Shown: positions 33,315-43,617 of the stretch, piece by piece
How the letters are laid out: every line of letters begins with the position of its first letter
Numbering within the stretch: the stretch's first letter is position 1
From: Candidatus Angelobacter sp.
GTDB taxonomy: Bacteria; Acidobacteriota; Terriglobia; Terriglobales; Acidobacteriaceae
DNA: 64,000 nucleotides
Assembly (NCBI GenBank): GCA_035712465.1
Contig: DASTAS010000006.1
Span: 95,116-159,115 of the forward strand
Direction: 5' to 3'
Translations under genes and position numbers: made by a program
Notes under the pieces: generated by a model
Databases searched by the model: none
The model's input: the letters and a program-made list of their open reading frames with translations, nothing else
What the model was told of the DNA's origin: nothing

Positions 33315-35379
33315 GGGCAAAACGTTCTACATCACCACGCCCATATATTACGTGAACGCGCGCCCGCACATCGGGCATGCCTACACCACCCTCGTGTGCG
33401 ATGCCGTGGCGCGGCGCAAGCGCATGCTCGGCTATGACACGTTTTTCCTGACCGGCACGGATGAGCACGGCCAGAAAATTGAACGTTCTGCAAATGCCGC
33501 AGGCACCACCCCGCAGAAGTTTGCTGATTCAGTAGCTTCTGAGTTCCGAGCGCTGTTTGACCGGATGGGGATTAGCTACAACGATTTTATCCGCACTACA
33601 GAACCGCGTCACAAGCAGGGCGCGCAGGAGCTGTGGAAGCGCCTGCAGGAAAAAGGTTTCATTTACAAGGGGACGTACACCGGGCAGTACTGCGTGCACG
33701 ATGAAGCCTACATTGATGGCGCCAAGCCGGGCGATCCGTGTCCGGATTGCGGGCGAACCACTGAGACAGTCAGCGAGGAGAATTACTACTTCAAGCTTTC
33801 GGCCTTCGCAGACAAGCTGCTCAAACATTACCAGCAGAATCCCGACTTCATTCGTCCTGAGACAAGGCGCAATGAGGTGATCGCCTTCGTGAAAAGCGGC
33901 CTCCGCGATCTTTCCGTGAGCCGCAGCACGTTCAAATGGGGCATTCCCGTTCCCGGCGATCCCAAACACGTGATGTACGTCTGGCTGGACGCCCTGAGCA
34001 ACTACTGTACGGCGGCGGGTTTCGGAGCGAACGACAAAGAAGGGCAGGAGAAGTTTGAGCGCTACTGGCCGGCCGATGTACACATGATCGGAAAAGAGAT
34101 TATCCGTTTTCACGCCGTGTACTGGCCCGCCTTCCTGATGGCGGCTGATCTGCCGCTGCCGAAAGCAGTGATTGCCCACGGCTGGCTGCTGTTTGAAGAG
34201 AGCAAGATGTCGAAGTCGCGCGGCAACATTGTGCGGGCGGAAACCGTGATCGACGTGATGGGCAATGACGCGTTGCGCTACTTCCTGCTGCGCGAGATTC
34301 CGTTTGGGCAGGACGGATCGTTCAGCTTCGATGCGGTGGTGCAGCGCTACAACTCCGATCTGGCCAACGACCTGGGCAATCTTTCCAGCCGCACGCTGAC
34401 CATGATCAATCGCTACTTCAACGGTTCAGTGCCATACCCTTCGTCGCTGGTGGCGAAGAGGGAAGCCGATGACGGCATCCGCGAACAGGCGCAGACCGTG
34501 ATTGCCGAATTCAATCAGCTCTTTGACGGGTACCAGTTCAATCGCGCGCTGGAGTGCGCCTGGGCCTTGGTTGGTTCTGTGAACAAGTACCTGGTTGAAC
34601 AGGAACCATGGATAGTCTCAGAAAAAGAGGGCGAAGAGAATAAAGCTCGCCTGGCCACGATTCTATATACCGCGGCGGAAGCGTTGCGCATCGTGACGGC
34701 GCTCGCTTATCCCGTGCTGCCGGAATCGGCGGGAAAGATCTGGCTTCAGCTTGGCTTGGGCGACATTGCCAAATTCAAACTGTCTGACTTGAAGTGGGGC
34801 CAGCTTCCGCTTGGGGGCAAGCTGGGCAAGGTGGAACCGGTATTTCCCCGCGCCGACAAAACTCATATCGAGAGGATGCAAAAGATGGAACAGGAGCGCG
34901 CTGCTCAAGCTGTTTCCGCATCAACGTCATCACCCGCCGCCGCCCCTGCGGGCGAAGGCGCTCGTCCCGGACAACCGGCAACACAGGCTGCTCATGGCCC
35001 AACGGAAGCTGCGCCTGCAGCCAAGGCTGCCACACCTGTGACGGCTGACGGAAAAATTTCCATCGATGACTTTCTTAAGGTCGAGCTTCGGGTGGGCCAG
35101 GTGAAGGTCGCCGAAAAAGTGAAAGGCGCGGACAAGCTATTGCGTCTTGAGGTCGACATAGGCACAGAGGTTCGCCAGTTGGTTGCCGGTATTGCCTTGG
35201 CTTACAAACCTGAAGAGTTAATCGGGCGCAAGGTTGTGATCGTCGCCAATCTTCAGCCGCGCAAGCTGCGCGGGCTGGAGTCCAACGGAATGATTGTCGC
35301 TGCTTCGGCGGGCGAGGATGGCAAGCCCGTGCTGGCGAGCTTCCTGGAAGACGTGCCGATAGGGGCCAAGCTAAAGTAG
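33307..35379 (+). CDS. metG: Methionine--tRNA ligase with C-terminal tRNA-binding domain
   Basis: PHIGHAYT (HIGH), KMSKSRGN, Zn knuckle CPDCG, EMAP/Trbp111-like C-terminus. Overlaps larC by 8 nt. Confidence 0.95.
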   Translation: MDKGKTFYITTPIYYVNARPHIGHAYTTLVCDAVARRKRMLGYDTFFLTGTDEHGQKIERSANAAGTTPQKFADSVASEFRALFDRMGISYNDFIRTTEPRHKQGAQELWKRLQEKGFIYKGTYTGQYCVHDEAYIDGAKPGDPCPDCGRTTETVSEENYYFKLSAFADKLLKHYQQNPDFIRPETRRNEVIAFVKSGLRDLSVSRSTFKWGIPVPGDPKHVMYVWLDALSNYCTAAGFGANDKEGQEKFERYWPADVHMIGKEIIRFHAVYWPAFLMAADLPLPKAVIAHGWLLFEESKMSKSRGNIVRAETVIDVMGNDALRYFLLREIPFGQDGSFSFDAVVQRYNSDLANDLGNLSSRTLTMINRYFNGSVPYPSSLVAKREADDGIREQAQTVIAEFNQLFDGYQFNRALECAWALVGSVNKYLVEQEPWIVSEKEGEENKARLATILYTAAEALRIVTALAYPVLPESAGKIWLQLGLGDIAKFKLSDLKWGQLPLGGKLGKVEPVFPRADKTHIERMQKMEQERAAQAVSASTSSPAAAPAGEGARPGQPATQAAHGPTEAAPAAKAATPVTADGKISIDDFLKVELRVGQVKVAEKVKGADKLLRLEVDIGTEVRQLVAGIALAYKPEELIGRKVVIVANLQPRKLRGLESNGMIVAASAGEDGKPVLASFLEDVPIGAKLK

Positions 35380-35476
35380 CGGCGCAAAAGATTACCGCTG
35401 ATTGCGCTGATGACACTGATTTCCGCTGATTTCTCTGAATGAGGATCAGACACTTACATCATCCCACTCACTAATC

Positions 35477-36274
35477 GTGTATATCGATTCGCACTGCCAC
35501 ATTGAAGGCAGCAAGTTCGACTCTGATCGCGTTGAAATGCTCAGCCGCGCGCGCGAGGCCGGCTTGGAGCGGATTCTCGCCATCGGCAGCGGGACTGGTC
35601 CGGGAACTTACGACTGCGCGCTCAAATACGCTGAACAGCACGACTGGATCTTTGCCAGCACGGGTTTGCATCCGCACGAAGCCAGCGTAGCTACGCAAGC
35701 TGATTATGACGAGATGGCGCGGCTGGCGCAGCATCCCAGGCTGATTGCGTGGGGCGAAATCGGACTCGATTACTTTTATGACCACTCGCCGCGCGAGGTG
35801 CAGAAAGAAGTCTTTCGCCGCCAGATGGAGCTCGCACGTGAGGCGAAGCTGCCTATCATTATTCACTGCCGTCCCAGCAACAACAGTGAGAATGCCTGGG
35901 ATGACTGCCTGGACATGCTGCGGCAGCACTGGGCGCCCTCAGGCCTTCCGGGTATTCTGCACTGCTTTACCGGAGAGTGGAAGCACGCGCAGGCGGCGCT
36001 CGACTTCGGCTTCTACATTTCCTTTGCCGGAAACGTCAGCTTTCCCAAAGCGGAAAACATCCGCGCTGCAGCAAAACAGGCGCCCCTCGATCGCATGCTG
36101 ATTGAGACGGATTCGCCGTACCTTGCGCCGGTACCGCACCGCGGTAAGCGCAATGAACCTGCCTTCGTGGTGAATACGGCGGCCGCCATCGCTCAGCTGC
36201 GGGGAGTCACACAGGAAGAGATCGGAAAGAGGATAGCAGAAAATTTCTACCGTCTTTTTCCTCAGACTGTGTGA
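35477..36274 (+). CDS. TatD family metal-dependent hydrolase
   Basis: YIDSHCHI, GEIGLDY, IIHCR, LIETDSPYL motifs. GTG start. Confidence 0.9.
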   Translation: MYIDSHCHIEGSKFDSDRVEMLSRAREAGLERILAIGSGTGPGTYDCALKYAEQHDWIFASTGLHPHEASVATQADYDEMARLAQHPRLIAWGEIGLDYFYDHSPREVQKEVFRRQMELAREAKLPIIIHCRPSNNSENAWDDCLDMLRQHWAPSGLPGILHCFTGEWKHAQAALDFGFYISFAGNVSFPKAENIRAAAKQAPLDRMLIETDSPYLAPVPHRGKRNEPAFVVNTAAAIAQLRGVTQEEIGKRIAENFYRLFPQTV

Positions 36275-36299
36275 GCCCGAGGTTCCGCAGCGCCGCCAT

Positions 36300-37244
36300 T
36301 TACGGCTGCACAGGGCCACCCATGGGCACCCGCTTAAATCCCTTCAGTTCCGCTGCGGTCTGTTCAATGTTATGCGTCGCAAAAGCATTGAAGAATCCCC
36401 ACGTGCCGTATTTCTCTTTCAATTGTGGAAGAACCTCGTCTACTACTTCCTGGTCTTTCTTGCCCTCGCGCTGTGATTTAGAAACCGCCGAGCGCAGGAA
36501 AATCAGGTAATCGCGGAAATCGCGTACGTCCTGCGGGGTGGCGATGCCGCCGTGTCCGGAGACAAAAGTAGCCGTTGCATGCTGCAGCAGCAGTGTGTTG
36601 AGCGACTTTACCCATCCCAGCGTGTTGGCATCGATCAAGTTGGGCATATGCTTCTGCCAGACCAGATCACCGCCGAAGACGACATTCGCGTCCGGCACAA
36701 TGACCACGGAATCGCCGCCCGTGTGGCCAAGCATGTAACGCACCTGCACCTCGCGTTTGCCTAGAAAAACATCCACCGCTTCGGCATAGACCAGGTCGGG
36801 AGGCACCAGGGCTTCAACGCGCGCCTTGGCCTCGGGCTTGGGATTGGGACCAAAGAATTTCATGTTTTCCGTGTGCAACCAGGTGCGCACATTGTTTTGT
36901 GCCAGGATGAGGGCGCCCTCATGGGCGAAAACCGCATTGCCGCCGGTGTGATCTAGATGGTAATGGGTATTGACGACGTAACGGATCGGTAGGTCCGTTA
37001 CTTTGCGGATTTCCGCCAGCAGCTCCTTTGCCGGCGCCACACCCTCAAAGGTGTCCACCACAAGCACGCCATTGCTGCCGACGATAAACCCGGCGTTGCT
37101 GCCGGCCTTGCTGCCGTCCGGGCTTACGGCGGCGTAAACTCCTTCGGCAAGTCTTTTCACGGTGAAATCAGGATTTTCGGCAGCCAGAGCCAGCGTTGAC
37201 ACAAATATCAGGGAACAAAAAATTGCAGGGATTCTTAGTTTCAT
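36300..37244 (-). CDS. Secreted MBL-fold metallo-hydrolase
   Basis: Signal peptide, then HYHLDHTGG (HxHxDH). Confidence 0.8.
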   Translation of the reverse strand: MKLRIPAIFCSLIFVSTLALAAENPDFTVKRLAEGVYAAVSPDGSKAGSNAGFIVGSNGVLVVDTFEGVAPAKELLAEIRKVTDLPIRYVVNTHYHLDHTGGNAVFAHEGALILAQNNVRTWLHTENMKFFGPNPKPEAKARVEALVPPDLVYAEAVDVFLGKREVQVRYMLGHTGGDSVVIVPDANVVFGGDLVWQKHMPNLIDANTLGWVKSLNTLLLQHATATFVSGHGGIATPQDVRDFRDYLIFLRSAVSKSQREGKKDQEVVDEVLPQLKEKYGTWGFFNAFATHNIEQTAAELKGFKRVPMGGPVQP

Positions 37245-37500
37245 GCGGGAGATGGTACCACACGGGGCAAGCCGGACATTGCCGAACCAATTTGAGTTGG
37301 GTCTGCGCCATCCGGGCAGGCTGGTTGGTCACCAACCTGTAAGATCGGCTTTGTCTGCTTCCTGCTAGTATTGATGTTGTTGCACGCGAGTTCTGAGTCT
37401 CCCAGCGCAGGCAAGCGGACCTCCTGTAGTCGTCTCACAAGAGGGACCCGGCCAGAAATCCATTCAGAGCCGAATCGCGTACTTCTAAGGAACCGAAGCA

Positions 37501-38058
37501 ATGCGCGTGTCAGGCACGCAAGCGTCCAACCAAAAAGATGAGGCAGCCCTGATCGCGCGCCTCCGCGCCGGTGACGAGAGTGCCATGGCCGACATCTATG
37601 ACCGGTATTCGGGAATTGTGTACGCCGTGGCTTTGCGAGTTCTCAGTAACACAGGGTCAGCCGAAGACGTGATGCAGGAGGTGTTTCTGCAACTCTGGCG
37701 CAATCCCCACGCCTTTGATGCGGATCGTGGAAAGCTTGCACCCTGGCTGGCCGTGATCGCGCGCAATCGCTCAATCGATGTTCTCCGCAAACGCCCTATG
37801 GAAATGGAAGGTGACATTGGTGATTTGCCGATCTCAATCGGCGTTGATCTGGAAGACGAGGCTGCCGAGCGACTGGCCATCAGCAAGGTTCGAGGAGTGC
37901 TGGCGCAGTTGCCGCAGGACCAGCGCCGGCTGCTGGAGATGGCTTTCTTTGAAGGCATGACTCACTCGGAGATTGCCGGAAAAACCGGCGAGCCTCTGGG
38001 GACTGTGAAGACGCGCATACGCTCCGGCCTGCAGGCACTGAGAAATGCATTGGTATGA
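37501..38058 (+). CDS. ECF-type sigma-70 family RNA polymerase sigma factor
   Basis: Region 2 (IYDRYSGIVYAVALRVL...EDVMQEVFLQLWRN) and region 4 (MTHSEIAGKTGEPLGTVKTRIRSGL). Confidence 0.85.
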   Translation: MRVSGTQASNQKDEAALIARLRAGDESAMADIYDRYSGIVYAVALRVLSNTGSAEDVMQEVFLQLWRNPHAFDADRGKLAPWLAVIARNRSIDVLRKRPMEMEGDIGDLPISIGVDLEDEAAERLAISKVRGVLAQLPQDQRRLLEMAFFEGMTHSEIAGKTGEPLGTVKTRIRSGLQALRNALV

Positions 38059-38846
38059 AGGACCACGCACAATACGCTGATTCGCTGGCAATATACGCCA
38101 TGAACGCGCTGGACGACGATCAAGAATTGGCCGAGCTGCGGCAACATCTGGCCTCCTGCGCCGAGTGCCGCGGCGAACTCGAAGCTCTTCGCGGTGATAT
38201 GGCGCTGCTGGCCCTTTCGACCGCGGGACCAAAGCCTCCGCAGCGCTCTCGTGAGCGGCTGATGCATGCGGTCGCGGCTGAGCCGCGGCATACACAGAAG
38301 GTAAAAACCCATTTTGTGCTGGGACGGCTGCAGCCGCGCTGGTTGACGCTGGCGCCTACAGTGGTAGCCGTACTGGTGCTCCTCGCCAGTGTGGCCCTGG
38401 TGCGGGAAAATCTGCGTTTGCGCACCACCCGGGAAAAGCTCGCCCAGGAGTTGCAGGTGGAGCAAGAGAGAGCAGCTTTGGCTGAAGAAGTCATGCAGAT
38501 GATGCATGATCCCAGCCTGCCACGCATGACGTTGGTTTCCGCCAAAAGCTCCCCACAGCCACAGGTGAAGACCATCTACCAGCCACAGAGAGGCCATATC
38601 CTGCTCATGGCCAATAATCTTCCTCAACTGCCGGATGACAAGGTCTACGAACTTTGGCTCATGCCTTCAAGCGGAGGCGCTCCCATGCCGGCCGGCACCT
38701 TCTCACCCGATCAGAAGGGCGGAGCCTTGATGCTCCATGCCATGGAAGATGGGGGAGTCGAAGCCAGGGCATTCGCGGTGACCATTGAGCCGCGCGGCGG
38801 CAGCCGCACTCCTACCATGCCGATTCAGTTCGCGCCCGCGGGATAA
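38055..38846 (+). CDS. Anti-sigma factor (zf-HC2 N-terminus, RskA-like C-terminus)
   Basis: ATGA overlap with the sigma gene. HLASCAECRGELEAL, a single TM, and a C-terminal YELWLMP...FAVTIEPRGGS. Confidence 0.75.
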   Translation: MKDHAQYADSLAIYAMNALDDDQELAELRQHLASCAECRGELEALRGDMALLALSTAGPKPPQRSRERLMHAVAAEPRHTQKVKTHFVLGRLQPRWLTLAPTVVAVLVLLASVALVRENLRLRTTREKLAQELQVEQERAALAEEVMQMMHDPSLPRMTLVSAKSSPQPQVKTIYQPQRGHILLMANNLPQLPDDKVYELWLMPSSGGAPMPAGTFSPDQKGGALMLHAMEDGGVEARAFAVTIEPRGGSRTPTMPIQFAPAG

Positions 38847-39037
38847 ACCAACCACAATGACTTCAGGACCGGCGCGGCGCTTCCCGCGCCTGTCGGCGCT
38901 GCACTCTCGCAGGTGAGGGCCCTTCTTGCTCCCGGACGCATGTTCTTAGAGAAGGCACTAAGACTACCAGAGTGGATTGAGCTGCGTCCGGTTTTCCGAA
39001 CTTAATCTTCAGTCGCAACGGCAGCCAACTTTTTGTG

Positions 39038-39095
39038 TTGACATCTTTGTCTTCAGCAGTGAATATTTATACATTGTATTGAATAAATATTCGTT
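39038..39095 (+). promoter_or_regulatory. arg operon promoter overlapped by two tandem ARG boxes
   Basis: TTGACA (39038-43), a 17-nt spacer, GAATAT (39061-66). Box 1 AGTGAATATTTATACATT (39058-75) and box 2 ATTGAATAAATATTCGTT (39078-95) are 2 bp apart. Confidence 0.6.
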
Positions 39096-39536
39096 ATGGC
39101 GAAACTACCGCGACAGCAGACGATTCTCGAACTCGCCCATGAGGGCCCGTTGCCCAACCAGCAGGAGCTGTGCAAGGTCCTCGCCCGGCGCGGGTTCCAG
39201 GTGACGCAGGCCACACTGTCGCGCGACATCAATGAATTGCGGCTGGTAAAGACTGCCGAAGGATACATCCTGCCGAACGGCGACATGCCGTCCGAGCCCA
39301 TGCCGGCAGTGTCGCGGGTGGTGAGGGAGTTTGTGCGCGAAGTTCGCCGCGCCCAGAACCTGCTGGTGATCAAGACGATCCCCGGCAGCGCGCAACCCGT
39401 GGCCGTGGCCATTGACGGCGAAGGTTGGGACGAGGTGGTGGGGACCGTTGCAGGCGACGACACCATCCTGATCATTTCCGGAAACAACAAGAAAGCCCGG
39501 CAATTGCAGACGCGATTGGAAGGAATGCGAGCCTGA
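39096..39536 (+). CDS. argR: Arginine repressor
   Basis: QQTILEL...QQELCKVLARRGFQVTQATLSRDINELRLVK N-terminal wHTH. C-terminal GTVAGDDTILII oligomerisation/Arg-binding motif. Confidence 0.9.
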   Translation: MAKLPRQQTILELAHEGPLPNQQELCKVLARRGFQVTQATLSRDINELRLVKTAEGYILPNGDMPSEPMPAVSRVVREFVREVRRAQNLLVIKTIPGSAQPVAVAIDGEGWDEVVGTVAGDDTILIISGNNKKARQLQTRLEGMRA

Positions 39537-40582
39537 TGGCTGCCAATCTCCAACCCGCTGTAGTCGGGGCCACCGGCTACGCCGGCTTTGAGCTGGCGCG
39601 TTTGCTTTACCGGCATCCACGCGTGAAGAAGCCTGTGCTGTTTACCCGTGACGGCGAATCCGCCGGCCCAACTAGGCTCGACGAACTCTATCCGCATATC
39701 AGCGGTAACGGCGGGTTTCCGCTGGAGAGGTTCTCCTGGGAACATCTGCGTAGCAAAGGCGTGAATGTACTCTTTCTGGCGACGCCGCATGAGGTTTCAC
39801 GCGAGTGGGTCCCGGAAGCCGTGCATCAGGGAATGCAGGTAATTGACCTGAGCGGCGCATGGCGGCTCGCGAGTGCCGGCGCGCGCGCAGTCTACCAATT
39901 TCATGATCAGGACCCGGAAGCCGCGGAAAAGCTCATGGCAAAGGCAGTTTACGGCATCCCTGAATTGCACCGCGAACAGCTGAAAGAAGCCACGCTAGTG
40001 GCGAACCCAGGCTGCTTTGCGACATCCATCATCCTGGCTCTGGCGCCGCTGGTTCGCGCCAGGCTTCTCGATCTGGAGCATGGAATCATCTGCGATTCTA
40101 AGTCGGGGGTATCCGGCGCGGGCAAGCAACCGACGCCAAAGACGCACTTCGTTGAAGTCGCGGAGAACCTGTCCGCCTACTCCGTTTTCAATCATCGCCA
40201 TACGGGCGAGATTCTGGAGCAGCTTGGGCTCAGTGACGACCAGTTGATCTTTACTCCGCACCTGCTGCCGATTCCGCGCGGCATTCTTTCGACCATTTAC
40301 GTGCGGCTGAAAGATGCAACGCAGCCCGGTGAAGTGGAAACGTGCATGCGCGGTTTTTATTCAGGTTCGTCCTGGGTGCGGATCTTTGCTCATGGCAAGC
40401 TGCCGCAGATCCAGTATTCACTGCACACCAATTATTGCGATATCGGTTTCACGCTCGCGGCGGACCGACGCCGGATGGTGATTCTCTCCTGTCTCGACAA
40501 CCTGCTGAAAGGGGCTGCAGGTCAGGCAGTACAGAACATGAACCTCATGTTCGGATGGAACGAAGAGGAGGGCCTGAAATGA
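39536..40582 (+). CDS. argC: N-acetyl-gamma-glutamyl-phosphate reductase
   Basis: VVGATGYAGFEL, active-site NPGCFATS. Its ATG shares one base with the argR TGA. Confidence 0.9.
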   Translation: MAANLQPAVVGATGYAGFELARLLYRHPRVKKPVLFTRDGESAGPTRLDELYPHISGNGGFPLERFSWEHLRSKGVNVLFLATPHEVSREWVPEAVHQGMQVIDLSGAWRLASAGARAVYQFHDQDPEAAEKLMAKAVYGIPELHREQLKEATLVANPGCFATSIILALAPLVRARLLDLEHGIICDSKSGVSGAGKQPTPKTHFVEVAENLSAYSVFNHRHTGEILEQLGLSDDQLIFTPHLLPIPRGILSTIYVRLKDATQPGEVETCMRGFYSGSSWVRIFAHGKLPQIQYSLHTNYCDIGFTLAADRRRMVILSCLDNLLKGAAGQAVQNMNLMFGWNEEEGLK

Positions 40583-41361
40583 AGATCGTGGTCAAACTCG
40601 GCGGAGCGACGCTGGAAGACGCGGCTCTCCTGCTGCGCGCCGCAGTCGCGGTGAAGCAACTCGCCGCTGAGCATCAAGTCGCCGTGGTTCACGGCGGCGG
40701 TGCGGCGCTCACGCGCGTGCTGGCCCAGATAGGCAAGACCAGTGAATTTATTAACGGTCTGCGCGTGACAGATGCGGAAACCCGCGATTTCGCTGTAATG
40801 GTCCTGGCCGGTCACATGAACAAGAAACTTGTAGCCGCCTTGTCCACAGTCGGCCAGCCCGCGGTGGGTATGTGCGGCGGAGACGGCATGGCATTTCGTG
40901 CGCGCAAGAAAGCGCCCAACGGACACGATCTTGGCTTTGTCGGAGAGATTTCTGCTGCTGATCCGCGCTGGATTGAAACCATCTGGCAGCAGGGTTGCGT
41001 GCCGGTGGTTTCCAGTGTTGCCCTGGGTTGCGATGGCCAGTATTACAACGTGAATGCCGATCAGATGGCTTCCGCCTGCGCCGTGGCCTGCCATGCCAAC
41101 TCGCTCATCTTCCTGACGGACGTTCCCGGAGTGAAAGATGCCGATGGGTTGGTGATCCGGTGGCTAGACCTCGGCACCGCGGCCGAGTTGACGCAGAAAG
41201 CCGTCATTCACGGCGGCATGCTGCCCAAGCTGGATGCGTGCAAAAACGCGCTGATGCACGGCGTGAACCGCGTGCGTATTCTTCCCGCGGCCCAGGTGGA
41301 TGCGCTGCCGGGATTTTATTTTTCCAAAATCGAATCCGGAACGGAGGTGCTGGTCGCGTGA
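40579..41361 (+). CDS. argB: Acetylglutamate kinase
   Basis: MKIVVKLGGA, VVHGGG, NVNADQMA. ATGA overlap with argC. Confidence 0.9.
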   Translation: MKIVVKLGGATLEDAALLLRAAVAVKQLAAEHQVAVVHGGGAALTRVLAQIGKTSEFINGLRVTDAETRDFAVMVLAGHMNKKLVAALSTVGQPAVGMCGGDGMAFRARKKAPNGHDLGFVGEISAADPRWIETIWQQGCVPVVSSVALGCDGQYYNVNADQMASACAVACHANSLIFLTDVPGVKDADGLVIRWLDLGTAAELTQKAVIHGGMLPKLDACKNALMHGVNRVRILPAAQVDALPGFYFSKIESGTEVLVA

Positions 41362-42602
41362 ACCTTGAACAGGTAAAAAAGCTGGAATCGAAGCTGCTGC
41401 TGGCGACCTATGATCGCTATCCGGTGCTGCTGGAAAAAGGGCGCGGCGTGCACCTGTATGACGACAAGGGCAGGAAGTACCTTGATTTCATCAGCGGCAT
41501 CGGCGTGAACGTGCTCGGCTATGCCCATCCGGCAATCACCAAGACGATCGCCCGACAAGCGAAGCTCCTGACTCACACCAGCAATCTCTTTTATCACCAG
41601 TATCAAGGCAAGCTCGCGGCGGCTTTGACAAAGATCTCCGGCATGGACCGCGCATTTTTCACCAACAGCGGCACGGAGGCCTGGGAGGCGGCTTTGAAAG
41701 TCGCCCGCGCTTATGCCAAGGCAAACGCTACCGCCGGAAGCGAGCCCAAGTGGCGCATCCTCGCCCTTGAACATGCGTTTCATGGCCGCACGTTTGGTTC
41801 GCTTGCGACCACGCACAAAGAAAAGTACCGCGCGCCTTTTGCGCCGGTTCTTCCGGGCGTTGAGTTCGTAAAGTTTAATGACATCGCAGATATGGAGCAG
41901 AAATTCGATTCCACGGTTTGCGCTATCGGCTTCGAATTCGTTCAGGGAGAAGGCGGAATTCGGCCGGTCAGCAAGGCCTTTGCCCAGAAGGCGCACGAAC
42001 TGGCGCACAAGCACAATGCCCTCCTAATCGCCGATGAAATCCAGAGCGGCCTCGGCCGAACTGGGAAGTGGTTTGCGTACCAACATTACGGCGTTCAGCC
42101 CGATTTGGTGACCGTTGCCAAACCGCTCGCGGGAGGCTTGCCATTGGGCGCGCTGCTGGCGAGCGAAAAAGCCTGCGGGTGCATTCATCCGGGTATGCAT
42201 GGCACAACCTTCGGGGGAGGACCGCTGGCCTGCAGCGTTGCGCTGCAGTTGATCCACACACTAGAGAGCCAGAAGATGCTCAAGCATGTGCGCAACATGG
42301 GCGATTACATGCTGTCCGGTCTGGAAAAATTGCAGAAAAAGTACGCGGCCATACGCGAAATTCGGGCGCTCGGCCTGATGATCGGTGTGGAACTTGAGTC
42401 AGCGCAACTGGCCAAGTCTGTTTTTCAGCAGATGCTGGAACAGCGCGTGATAGTGAACCGCACGGACGAAACAGTTCTGCGATTTCTGCCGCCCTTCATC
42501 ATCAAGAAACAGCACATAGATGAAGTCTTGAAAGTGCTCGATACAGCTCTGAGCAGAAATGCAGTGCAAGCCGCCGGCATGGCGCAAGGGAGGAGCAAAT
42601 AA
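41358..42602 (+). CDS. argD: Acetylornithine aminotransferase
   Basis: Class-III aminotransferase: FTNSGTEAWEAALK, LIADEIQSGLGRTG, DLVTVAKPLAGG (PLP Lys). GTGA overlap with argB. Confidence 0.9.
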   Translation: MNLEQVKKLESKLLLATYDRYPVLLEKGRGVHLYDDKGRKYLDFISGIGVNVLGYAHPAITKTIARQAKLLTHTSNLFYHQYQGKLAAALTKISGMDRAFFTNSGTEAWEAALKVARAYAKANATAGSEPKWRILALEHAFHGRTFGSLATTHKEKYRAPFAPVLPGVEFVKFNDIADMEQKFDSTVCAIGFEFVQGEGGIRPVSKAFAQKAHELAHKHNALLIADEIQSGLGRTGKWFAYQHYGVQPDLVTVAKPLAGGLPLGALLASEKACGCIHPGMHGTTFGGGPLACSVALQLIHTLESQKMLKHVRNMGDYMLSGLEKLQKKYAAIREIRALGLMIGVELESAQLAKSVFQQMLEQRVIVNRTDETVLRFLPPFIIKKQHIDEVLKVLDTALSRNAVQAAGMAQGRSK

Positions 42603-42603
42603 A

Positions 42604-43617
42604 ATGATGCCAGCCAGAATTTATGACCTGAGCGCGATGGCTGCGCCTCTGCAGCAGCCAGTCGCCTGCCGCGATCTGGTTTCCTGCCAGGATTTTTCGC
42701 CGGAGGAAACGCGGGCGCTCTTCGAGCTGACGAATATCATCAAGCACCGTCCTGCCGACTTTCGCGGCGCTCTGGCAGGGAAGCAACTCGTGTTGTTTTT
42801 TGAGAAGGCATCGCTCCGCACGCGTCTCACGTTTGAAGCCGGCATGGCCAGCCTCGGCGGTACGTCGCTTTTTATGGACCAGACGCGTTCTCGCCTTGGA
42901 GAGCGGGAGCCGGTCTGCGACATTGCTCGCAGTGTAGAGCGCTGGGTGGACGCTGTCGTGCTCCGCACCTACGAGCATTCGACCATCACAGAGATGGCGC
43001 AGAACACGCGCATTCCGGTCATCAATGCGCTGAGCGACGTTGAGCATCCCTGCCAGGCATACGCCGACTTCTTTACATTACAGGAAAAGTTTGGCGATCT
43101 CCGCCCCGTACATCTTGCCTACGTCGGCGACGGCAACAACGTGGCCCACTCATTGATGCTGACGGCTGCCAGCCTGGGTACGAGCATCTCCGTCGCCACG
43201 CCTAGAGGCTACGAGCCGGATGTTCGCGTCACCGCCGCCGCAAAGACGATTGGTCGTTCAACGGGAGCCATCATCGACATCACCAACGATCCGGAACGAG
43301 CAGTGACCGGCGCAAATGCCATTTACACCGATGTCTGGGCGAGCATGGGACAGGAGGACGAAGCTGCGGAGCGGAAGAAGATATTCGCGCCGTATCAGGT
43401 GAACCATGAGCTGTTTGCCATGGCGGCCCCTGATGCCTTCTTTATGCACTGCCTGCCCGCGCATCGTGGAGAGGAAGTGACAGCGGACGTGATCGACTCG
43501 CCGCGGTCGATCGTATTCGATCAGGCGGAGAACCGGATGCACATCCAAAAAGCAATTCTGTTAATGCTGCTGGGCAGCGGCATGGGCCGTGTTTCGGCAA
43601 GGAGCAATCATGCGTGA
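42604..43617 (+). CDS. argF: Ornithine carbamoyltransferase
   Basis: [13 protein letters not shown] (SxRTR), [17 protein letters not shown]. Confidence 0.9.
   Translation: MMPARIYDLSAMAAPLQQPVACRDLVSCQDFSPEETRALFELTNIIKHRPADFRGALAGKQLVLFFEKASLRTRLTFEAGMASLGGTSLFMDQTRSRLGEREPVCDIARSVERWVDAVVLRTYEHSTITEMAQNTRIPVINALSDVEHPCQAYADFFTLQEKFGDLRPVHLAYVGDGNNVAHSLMLTAASLGTSISVATPRGYEPDVRVTAAAKTIGRSTGAIIDITNDPERAVTGANAIYTDVWASMGQEDEAAERKKIFAPYQVNHELFAMAAPDAFFMHCLPAHRGEEVTADVIDSPRSIVFDQAENRMHIQKAILLMLLGSGMGRVSARSNHA

Noticed and set aside
37245-37500. Autoregulated ECF promoter (GGAAC-N16/17-CGTC type) upstream of the sigma gene
   Set aside because: GGACC and CGTC-like elements are present, but their spacing does not fit. 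I could not support a call.
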